10,942 nucleotides of DNA from a candidate division WOR-3 bacterium (GCA_965648915.1 CBFGIV010000061.1:1-10942), one strand, 5' to 3'. Positions 1-6,621 are shown, counted from the stretch's first letter. Numbers and translations: made by a program. Notes: generated from the sequence alone by a model not told the origin.

Positions 1-148
1 ACATTTTCGCTGTGCAGTTAATAAAGCTAATTTTGACCTAAAAACCATTGCTACCTCTGATTCAATTCAATCCTATAGAGCATTTGCTTCACACCAGGGG
101 ACATTTTTGCTGTGCACTTAAAGGGGACATTTTCGCTGTGCGCCGACA
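1..148. mobile_element. End of a probable insertion sequence (IS1202/ISNCY- or IS481-like); the element body lies left of the window
   Basis: Three direct copies of (GGGG)ACATTTTYGCTGTGC at 1-15 (truncated), 97-115 and 123-141. The last runs into ...GCCGACA (148), which reads TGTCGGCGCACAGCGAAAATGTCCCC on the minus strand. A TGT terminus with iterated subterminal sites is typical of these families. No transposase is visible in the window. Confidence 0.65.
97..141 (+). repeat. Tandem 19-bp direct repeats with 26-bp period; putative transposase-binding sites
   Basis: GGGGACATTTTTGCTGTGC (97-115) and GGGGACATTTTCGCTGTGC (123-141) differ at one base; a third partial copy is at 1-15. Confidence 0.9.
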
Positions 149-165
149 CACAGAAATTTTTATCA

Positions 166-193
166 TTGACAAATTTTGCTATTTAGTTATAAT
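166..193 (+). promoter_or_regulatory. Sigma70-type promoter for the leader / ABC exporter operon
   Basis: TTGACA (166-171), 16-nt spacer, TATAAT (188-193); both hexamers match consensus. Confidence 0.8.
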
Positions 194-242
194 AATTCCG
201 CCTGTTGTTAAAATGTGTATATCTTAAGAAAGGAGCGTTGAT

Positions 243-311
243 GTGAAGACATATATCTGGATCGTCGCCAATACTGGCAGTGAAGAGAAAGGGAGTGGTC
301 CGCCCGTATAG
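243..311 (+). CDS. Putative 22-aa leader peptide (uORF) MKTYIWIVANTGSEEKGSGPPV
   Basis: SD AAAGGAG (229-235), 7-nt spacer, GTG 243, TAG 309-311. It lies between the promoter and an intrinsic terminator and is absent from the ORF track. Confidence 0.6.
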   Translation: MKTYIWIVANTGSEEKGSGPPV

Positions 312-347
312 GAATATTATGTAAACTTTTAGCCGTGGGCGGACAAC
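295..347 (+). promoter_or_regulatory. Putative antiterminator helix
   Basis: GTGGTCCGCCCG (295-306) pairs with TGGGCGGACAAC (336-347): 8 contiguous Watson-Crick pairs (298-305/337-344), one G-U, and two more pairs beyond one mismatch. It is mutually exclusive with the terminator stem. Confidence 0.65.
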
Positions 348-360
348 CCACGGCTTTTTT
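331..360 (+). terminator. Intrinsic terminator (attenuator) upstream of the ABC ATPase
   Basis: Stem AGCCGTGGG (331-339) / CCCACGGCT (347-355), loop CGGACAA, followed by a T tract to 360 and then ATTT. Confidence 0.85.
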
Positions 361-392
361 ATTTGATACGATTTAAAGATAAGGAGACTTTT

Positions 393-1157
393 ATGTATGC
401 TGTTCAATGTGAAAATATAAGTAAGGTTTTCAAAAAAGGCAAGGTCATTGCCCTGAAAGATATCAATTTCTCAATAGAAAAAGGTGAGATATTTGGTATC
501 ATTGGACCGAACGGCTCGGGTAAGTCTACCTTAATTCGTATCCTCTCCACCCTCTTGATTCCTGACTCAGGGAGAGCGACGATCTTCGGCCTGGATGTTG
601 TTAAGGACCCACTTAGAATCCGACGGTTAATCAACCGGGTCAGTGTTGAGGCTGCGTTTTTTAAAAGACTTTCTGCCTGGGAAAATCTCCGGTATGCAGC
701 AAGACTTTACGGTGTCTCTGGAAGAGAAGCACGATTCAAGTCTTTAGAGATCCTTGAAACGCTGGGTTTTGATAAGAAGAGGATTGACGAACCACTGGAG
801 GAGCTATCACGGGGTATGCAGCAGAAGGTGGCAATTGCCCGGGCACTCTTCACATCGCCGATGCTCCTGCTCCTTGATGAACCAACAACCGGCCTCGACC
901 CACGCTCGAAAAAGGACCTTCAGAATTTTATCCTTGATATTATTAAAAAGAGTGATCTTACGATATTATTGACGACACACGATATGAATGAAGCTGAAAT
1001 TCTCTGCCAGCGTGTGGCAATAATTGATAAGGGGAAATTTGTCGCTCTGGATAAACCGGATCAACTGAAATTCAAATACCGGGTTCAAGACCTCGAAACA
1101 GTATTTATGAAGACAACGGGAAAAGAATGGGAGGAAGAAGTATATGAAACTGAGTGA
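393..1157 (+). CDS. ABC transporter ATP-binding protein, DrrA/ABC-2 exporter type (254 aa)
   Basis: Walker A GPNGSGKST, signature LSRGMQQK, Walker B LLLLDEPT, H-loop LTTH. Start moved from TTG 363 to ATG 393 because SD AAGGAG lies at 381-386. Confidence 0.95.
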   Translation: MYAVQCENISKVFKKGKVIALKDINFSIEKGEIFGIIGPNGSGKSTLIRILSTLLIPDSGRATIFGLDVVKDPLRIRRLINRVSVEAAFFKRLSAWENLRYAARLYGVSGREARFKSLEILETLGFDKKRIDEPLEELSRGMQQKVAIARALFTSPMLLLLDEPTTGLDPRSKKDLQNFILDIIKKSDLTILLTTHDMNEAEILCQRVAIIDKGKFVALDKPDQLKFKYRVQDLETVFMKTTGKEWEEEVYETE

Positions 1158-1935
1158 AATAAAATCGATGTTGGCGTTTCTCGAACGTAACTTTGCCCTG
1201 GTCCGAAGGTATCTAGGCTGGGAGATTGTCTTTATGGTCTATAACATTGTCAACGCGCTCGTTATCGGCTTTATCGGCGTTACCCAGGGCAAGGAATTTG
1301 TTATGTATCTCTTGATCGGTGCACTTATCTGGGGATTTCTTTCGGTAATCTTCCACGATATCTCAGAACAGGTTGCCTGGGAACGATGGGAAGGGACAAT
1401 CGAGTATACCTTTATGGCCCCCATTCACCGGTTCACCCAGCTCTTCGGCTCCTGTCTCTTTGCCATTATCTATGGATTGATAAGAACCGCTCTGATCCTC
1501 TTTGGCGTTGTCTTATTTCTTGGTCTCTCATTAAAAAATGCCAATCTCCTTTCAGCCTTGGTGATCCTTGCCGTTTCAGGTCTTTCTTTTATCGGACTTG
1601 GCCTGGTCGCTGCGGTCCTGCCCCTTCTTTCTACTGAAAAAGGTGCATATGCAACACATATATTTGAAGCGGTTTTGCTCTTGATCTCAGGGGTATATTA
1701 TGAAATCGATGTTCTACCGGTCTGGGTGCGACCACTTTCGTTCTTTTCACCAGCCACCTATTCGCTGCGTGCCCTGAGAGCGGCATTACTTCAGGGTGTT
1801 TCACTCCGTGAACTCCTGGGCACGGTAATCTTGCTTTTGATCATCGGTGCCTGCCTCATTCCGATCGGGCTCTATATCTTCAATATCGCCGAAATATATG
1901 CCAAACGGACCGGTAAGTTAAAGCGAAGCGGATGA
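1144..1935 (+). CDS. ABC-2 type exporter permease
   Basis: About six hydrophobic segments; ERWEGTIEYTFMAP and ISGVYYEIDVLPVW...SPATY motifs typical of ABC-2 membrane proteins; overlaps the end of the ATPase. Confidence 0.92.
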   Translation: MKLSEIKSMLAFLERNFALVRRYLGWEIVFMVYNIVNALVIGFIGVTQGKEFVMYLLIGALIWGFLSVIFHDISEQVAWERWEGTIEYTFMAPIHRFTQLFGSCLFAIIYGLIRTALILFGVVLFLGLSLKNANLLSALVILAVSGLSFIGLGLVAAVLPLLSTEKGAYATHIFEAVLLLISGVYYEIDVLPVWVRPLSFFSPATYSLRALRAALLQGVSLRELLGTVILLLIIGACLIPIGLYIFNIAEIYAKRTGKLKRSG

Positions 1936-2069
1936 TTACTTAATCTCTGATTGTGAATAAGCAAAATCATCACAAGTGCATCTGTTCGAATTACTAAAAA
2001 GCCCAAAAATCCCGACTAGGTGATATTATTATCCATTGATTATTAAATTTCACTATCTACATTTTGCCC

Positions 2070-2097
2070 TTGACCGATGAGGGCTTTTAGATAAACT
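2070..2097 (+). promoter_or_regulatory. Putative sigma70 promoter of the ECF operon, possibly giving a leaderless mRNA
   Basis: TTGACC (2070-2075), 16 nt, TAAACT (2092-2097); ATG at 2104 follows after 6 nt; no SD. Confidence 0.5.
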
Positions 2098-2103
2098 CTA
2101 ATT

Positions 2104-2886
2104 ATGATTGAACTCTTTCGAATGTGGCGTTATACAAAGATGGTTGTTTTGACTGCCTTTTCTGCTGCTTTGTATGCTGCAATTCTTATCCCTTTCAAGG
2201 TCGTTATTCCTCTGATTCCGGGTTTTACTGAGTTCCGCCCGGCCAATGCCATACCGATTATAACCTCGATATTCTTTGGACCGGCAGGTACCTGGGGGTC
2301 AGCGATCGGTAACTTCATAGGTGATGCCCTTGGTGGCACGCTGGGTTTAGGAAGCATCTTTGGTTTTTTCGGTAATTTTTTATATGGACTTATACCCTAC
2401 AAGATTCTTTATCCTGAGACGCTCAAATCTAAAAATCTACCTTTATTGGTTTTCATTATCCTCAATGCGAGTTTAGTCTGTGCAGTGGTTATCGGCTGGG
2501 GGGTTGATCTTCTTGGGCTCGTGCCTTTTGCGGCCTTGGGTAGTATAATCTTTTTAAATAACTTCATCGTTGCGGTGATTCTGGCGCCGGTCCTGGTCAA
2601 TATCTTTCACAAAAGATTGGTTGCCTGGGGTTTATTATATACTGAGATTATGGATAAAGCCGACCTGCCCACCGTGAAGTCACCCCTGGTCAAAAAACTC
2701 GGCATCGGGCTGCTTTTGATCGGTGGTGCTTCAGGTATCATCATTGGTAATTTAATCTCGATCGGTATCTACAAATCTTCCTTACTGGCGTTTGGTTTTG
2801 CACAGGGGGCAAAAGGCGAGATAGGAATATTCCTGGGACTGGTACCATCCCTTATCATAATTTTGCTCGCACTCTTTTTATTATAA
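2104..2886 (+). CDS. ECF transporter substrate-specific S component, QueT-like, with C-terminal membrane extension
   Basis: N-terminal AxxAALYA helix, EFRPANA and FFGPAGTWGSAIGNFIGD motifs of S components; highly hydrophobic; precedes the ECF ATPase and EcfT genes. Confidence 0.8.
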   Translation: MIELFRMWRYTKMVVLTAFSAALYAAILIPFKVVIPLIPGFTEFRPANAIPIITSIFFGPAGTWGSAIGNFIGDALGGTLGLGSIFGFFGNFLYGLIPYKILYPETLKSKNLPLLVFIILNASLVCAVVIGWGVDLLGLVPFAALGSIIFLNNFIVAVILAPVLVNIFHKRLVAWGLLYTEIMDKADLPTVKSPLVKKLGIGLLLIGGASGIIIGNLISIGIYKSSLLAFGFAQGAKGEIGIFLGLVPSLIIILLALFLL

Positions 2887-2918
2887 CTTGTACATTATCA
2901 TTTGATTTAATCCCAATT

Positions 2919-4550
2919 ATGAAGGCGATAGAAACTGAAGGACTCACCATCTCTTACCCTGATGGTCATAAAGCGCTGAATGACTTAAACCTAAATATTG
3001 ATGAAGGCGAGTTTGTGGTAATTATGGGTGAAATGGGTGCCGGGAAATCGACCCTCAGCCTTGCGCTCGCCGGGCTGATACCAAAATTTGTCCGGGTTGA
3101 TTATAAGGGTGAGGTGAAGATTCTGGGTCGAAGGATACCGGAGATCGAAAAAGAAGAATTGATTCGTTATGTTGGGATTGTCTTTCAGGATTTTGAGTGC
3201 CAGCTCTTTTCGACCAATGTCGAACTCGAACTCGCTTTCTTACCAGAGAATCTGGGACTCGCCCAGGAGGAAATAAGAGAGCGGTGCCAGGCAATCAGCA
3301 AACTTTTTAACCTCACAAACTTTGAAAAACGGAATGTCCAGACCCTTTCGGGCGGTGAGAAACAACGTCTGGCAATCGCCTCGGTCCTGGTGGGAAGTCC
3401 AAAAATTCTTATTTTAGATGAGCCCACAACCGATCTCGATCCGTTGGGTAAAAAGATGATCTTTGATCTTTTGAGTAAAATTGGTGGGACAAAGATCCTG
3501 TTTGAAAATGAACCCGAGAGAGCCCTCAAGGCCAATCGGGTATTAATTATTAAAGAAGGTCGGATTATTGCCGCAGGATCGCCCTGGGAAGTGCTCAGCA
3601 ACAGTCGATTATTGATGGATAACGGCATTAAGCCCCTCGATGTCAACTTGATCTTTGACCATCTTTTAACCGTCGATGAAGCTGAAGAGTACATCCGGAC
3701 AAAAGAGATGAAACTGGTGCAACAGGATCTTGACCAGCCTGCACCACAGGATAATATCCCGGTTATCGAGATAAAAGATCTCTCTTTCAATTATGGTAAG
3801 AGCGAATTTGGAATTGACGATATAAATCTTCGCATCAGACAGGGTGAGTTTGTTGCAATTGTCGGGCAGAATGGATCGGGCAAGACAACTCTCGCCAAAC
3901 TCCTCTGTGGGCTCTATTACCCCAAACACGGTCAGATTAAGATCCAGAACGAAGATATAATGGACTGGAACAGAAAAGAGATTGCTTTTAAGATAGGCTA
4001 TGTCTTCCAGAATCCGGATCATCAGATATTCTGTGAAACCGTCAGTGAAGAGGTGTCTTTTGCCTTAAGGAATTTTCACTATCCTGAAGAAGAGATCCGG
4101 CAGCGAACTGAACAGGCACTGAAGTTAACCGGACTATCAGGCTATGAAGGTAGAGATCCATTTTCATTGACCAGGGGTGAAAAACAGCGCCTGGCCGTCG
4201 CAACCGTTCTGGCAATGGAACCAAAAATTATCATCCTCGATGAACCAACGACCGGGCTCGACTACCATCAGATCAGAACTATCATGGAGACAATTCAGGC
4301 CTTAAATCAAAAAGGTCGCACAATTATCATCATCACCCATGCAATGTGGGTTGTGGCTGAGTATGCAAAGAGGGTAATCGTTATGGACCAGGGCAGGATT
4401 GCACTTGATCTGCCAACCCGCCAGGCCTTGGCCCGGGAAGAGGAACTCAAAAAATTTTATCTGGAACCTCCCCAAATAACCCGGCTGGGTAATCAGTTTG
4501 GGCTGAAGGTCTTAACCGTTGAGGAGTTAAAGCAGTGTATTTCTATATAG
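2919..4550 (+). CDS. ECF transporter ATPase with two fused nucleotide-binding domains (EcfA-A')
   Basis: Two Walker A motifs (GEMGAGKST, GQNGSGKTT), Q-loops VFQDFECQLF and VFQNPDHQIF, signatures LSGGEKQR and LTRGEKQR, two LDEPT Walker B motifs. Confidence 0.95.
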   Translation: MKAIETEGLTISYPDGHKALNDLNLNIDEGEFVVIMGEMGAGKSTLSLALAGLIPKFVRVDYKGEVKILGRRIPEIEKEELIRYVGIVFQDFECQLFSTNVELELAFLPENLGLAQEEIRERCQAISKLFNLTNFEKRNVQTLSGGEKQRLAIASVLVGSPKILILDEPTTDLDPLGKKMIFDLLSKIGGTKILFENEPERALKANRVLIIKEGRIIAAGSPWEVLSNSRLLMDNGIKPLDVNLIFDHLLTVDEAEEYIRTKEMKLVQQDLDQPAPQDNIPVIEIKDLSFNYGKSEFGIDDINLRIRQGEFVAIVGQNGSGKTTLAKLLCGLYYPKHGQIKIQNEDIMDWNRKEIAFKIGYVFQNPDHQIFCETVSEEVSFALRNFHYPEEEIRQRTEQALKLTGLSGYEGRDPFSLTRGEKQRLAVATVLAMEPKIIILDEPTTGLDYHQIRTIMETIQALNQKGRTIIIITHAMWVVAEYAKRVIVMDQGRIALDLPTRQALAREEELKKFYLEPPQITRLGNQFGLKVLTVEELKQCISI

Positions 4551-5317
4551 CGAAAAAGACATTTCTCCACCGTCTCGATCCGAGGACAAAATTTTTTCTC
4601 TTACTCTTCGGGCTTTTTTCGGCTCTAATCTTTAATGCCCCCCACTATCAGATTCCTGCACTGCTTCTGGTTTTGATCTTGATACTCATCGCAGGGGGTC
4701 TGCAGAGTATCTATGCCATGCGATATATTCTGCTCCTCCTCTTTCTCTTCAGTTTCATTCTCTGGTCATTATTTATTAAAGAGGGTAAGATACTATTTAA
4801 ACTCGGGACAATTCGGGTTACAGAAAAATCACTACTTTATGGTACGGGTATGGGTTTGCGATTAAACTTAATGGTCCTGGCCGGTCTCTTATTTTTGACA
4901 ATTACAATGGTTGAAGAATTCTGTCTGGCACTGGTAAAATTGGGCATCCCCTATCCAATTAGCTTCGCTTCTTCCCTCGCCTTCCGGCTCGTTCCCATCT
5001 TTCTGAACGTAGGTTCGACCGTCCTCCAGGCCCAGGTACTGCGCGGTCTCGATTTAAAATCGGGCAACATCTTTGATAGACTAAGGAAACATCTGCCCCT
5101 TATCATCCCAATCTTCATATCAATCATTAAGGGTGTAAATAATCTTAGCCTGGCACTCGAAGCCAAGGGGTTTGGAATCAAGCGTCAAAGAAGTTACTAC
5201 CTTAAGATTGGTTACCGTTTTTTTGATTATATGATTATAGTGTTGCTCTGTATTCTTTCCCTGCTTCTTCTTTTCTTGAGGATTAAAGGTTATGGTATAG
5301 TTTTGAATCGTCTCTGA
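4535..5317 (+). CDS. ecfT: ECF transporter transmembrane component T (EcfT/CbiQ family)
   Basis: LHRLDPRTK N-terminus, AFRLVP, coupling motifs AQVLRG and ALEAKGF; GTG start with SD GAGGAG at 4521-4526. Confidence 0.92.
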   Translation: MYFYIAKKTFLHRLDPRTKFFLLLFGLFSALIFNAPHYQIPALLLVLILILIAGGLQSIYAMRYILLLLFLFSFILWSLFIKEGKILFKLGTIRVTEKSLLYGTGMGLRLNLMVLAGLLFLTITMVEEFCLALVKLGIPYPISFASSLAFRLVPIFLNVGSTVLQAQVLRGLDLKSGNIFDRLRKHLPLIIPIFISIIKGVNNLSLALEAKGFGIKRQRSYYLKIGYRFFDYMIIVLLCILSLLLLFLRIKGYGIVLNRL

Positions 5318-5352
5318 TCTTGTTATCAGATCTTATCACCGGCAATCAATGG

Positions 5353-5385
5353 TTGACATTTTAATAAAACCAGTGATAATATAAT
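5353..5385 (+). promoter_or_regulatory. Putative sigma70 promoter upstream of the small basic protein
   Basis: TTGACA at 5353-5358; -10 candidates GATAAT (5375-5380, 16-nt spacer) or TG-a-TAATAT (5377-5382, 18-nt spacer, extended -10). Confidence 0.6.
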
Positions 5386-5407
5386 TGATGACGCATCAGG
5401 AGGTTTT

Positions 5408-5572
5408 ATGGAACGAAGGAGAGTTGTGCGGCGTAAAGGGGAAAGGCGGCGCCTTTTAACTGAGAAGGAATTTCGCCGGCTTATTGAGACTGGTAAAGTA
5501 ACCAAAGACGATAAACGTTCCTGGCAGGAGCGACGCCAGAAGAAACGGCGCAAGATTCAGTACGGGTTATGA
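5408..5572 (+). CDS. Small Arg/Lys-rich hypothetical protein, 54 aa
   Basis: SD AGGAGG (5398-5403), ATG 5408, TGA 5570-5572; MERRRVVRRKGERRRLLTEKEFRRLIETGKVTKDDKRSWQERRQKKRRKIQYGL; fills the gap between ecfT and the PRTase gene. Confidence 0.8.
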   Translation: MERRRVVRRKGERRRLLTEKEFRRLIETGKVTKDDKRSWQERRQKKRRKIQYGL

Positions 5573-5601
5573 TCTAACCAGTCGGTATTTTTTATTGAAA
5601 T

Positions 5602-6621
5602 ATGGATGAAGTGATCGATTTTGGTAAAATAGGTTTTAAAAATGTTGAACTGATCGACAAGAAGATTGTCCGGGCTGAGACAACCAGGAAATTTTCGGTT
5701 GACGAGCTGAGTCAGTCGTTTTTGAAAGTCTATCAGGAAAAGATCGACGAGCAGATCGTTCTCGGGCCGAAGGTCGTCGAGATGAATGCAACATCGTATA
5801 CACTGAATATCGGATCTAAACCTTCGGGGACGGTCCTTCATATTGTTGAATATCAAAATTCAATGGGCCTGACCTGTGAGTGCTACTGCCCGATCGATGG
5901 TGAGAAGATATTTCGAATCTTAAGGGCTCAACGCCTGAGGCAACCAACCATCGAGAATATTCAGGATGGGATGGAGATGGTCATTGCGACGATTCTCTGG
6001 GAGACGGGCGCAATCGAAATAAGTTTGGGCGATATCAGGCCGTTCTTTATGATTGACAACAAACCCTGTCCTATCTATATCGATGTGCGGCGTTTGACCC
6101 AGTATCCGGCTGAGTATGAGATCGTTCTGGCTTATGCCAAAAAATTGATTGGCCGGGATTTTGATTTTGTCTGCGGGGGTGAGGCGGGTGGATTGATGTT
6201 TGCCTCGGACCTGGCACGGATGCTCGACAAACCCAAGATCTGGGTTCGAGAAAAACCCAAGGCATATCTTGGCGCATCCCAGATTGAAGGTGTAAAACCC
6301 TATGAACTTTTTGGTAAGAAGGTTCTACTCGTCGAAGATGCCATTGCCACCGGCCGTAAAAAAGGGATTTTTATCAAGGCCCTGACCAACTGCGGGGCTA
6401 AGGTGGATAAGGTATTAGTCATATTTGATCGGGAGGAAGGCGGGGCTGAGGTTGTTCGGCGAGAAGGGGCTCAACTTTATGCCCTGACCAATATCCGGGT
6501 TGCCTTCTGGAACAATCGCCAGCGCTTTTTTCAACGGGGTTACTTCACTGAAAATGAGCAAAAGGTACTCGAGGACTATTTAGGAGATCAAGATCGATGG
6601 CGCGAAAGATTAACCAGATAA
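5602..6621 (+). CDS. pyrE: Orotate phosphoribosyltransferase-like type I PRTase with ~120-aa N-terminal extension
   Basis: C-terminal part has PIYIDVRRL, GGEAGG, loop WVREKPKAY, PRPP-binding VLLVEDAIATG and VIFDREEGG, resembling PyrE. The N-terminal region is not recognised and the specificity is uncertain. Confidence 0.65.
   Translation: MDEVIDFGKIGFKNVELIDKKIVRAETTRKFSVDELSQSFLKVYQEKIDEQIVLGPKVVEMNATSYTLNIGSKPSGTVLHIVEYQNSMGLTCECYCPIDGEKIFRILRAQRLRQPTIENIQDGMEMVIATILWETGAIEISLGDIRPFFMIDNKPCPIYIDVRRLTQYPAEYEIVLAYAKKLIGRDFDFVCGGEAGGLMFASDLARMLDKPKIWVREKPKAYLGASQIEGVKPYELFGKKVLLVEDAIATGRKKGIFIKALTNCGAKVDKVLVIFDREEGGAEVVRREGAQLYALTNIRVAFWNNRQRFFQRGYFTENEQKVLEDYLGDQDRWRERLTR

Noticed and set aside
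1..148. CRISPR array
   Set aside because: Repeats are 19 bp with very unequal gaps (81 and 7 nt) and there are no cas genes; an IS end fits better.
335..346. GTGGGCGGACAA resembles the Tn7 end TGTGGGCGGACAA
   Set aside because: Preceded by C rather than T, no TnsB-site array follows, and it is explained as the terminator arm and loop.
285..360. T-box riboswitch (GGGAGTGGTCCGC resembles GGGTGGNACCGCG)
   Set aside because: The UGGNACC bulge is incomplete, no Stem I/specifier loop is evident in the short leader, and the downstream gene is not amino-acid related.
363..392. TTG start for the ABC ATPase
   Set aside because: No SD and it abuts the terminator T tract; ATG 393 has AAGGAG at good spacing.
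183..407. 74-aa minus-strand ORF from the track
   Set aside because: Antisense to the promoter, leader and terminator; no recognisable protein features.
1936..2065. preQ1 riboswitch, or CRP-like site (TTGTGA-N13-TCACAA, 1951-1975)
   Set aside because: No preQ1 consensus stem-loop with A-rich tail is visible, and the spacer is 13 nt rather than the 6 nt of CRP/FNR sites.
3185..3790. 201-aa antisense ORF and the other short nested ORFs in the track
   Set aside because: Shadows of well-supported genes on the opposite strand or in another frame; no motifs of their own.
5326..5553. 75-aa minus-strand ORF
   Set aside because: The plus-strand 54-aa ORF has a promoter and a perfect SD; this one is its antisense shadow.
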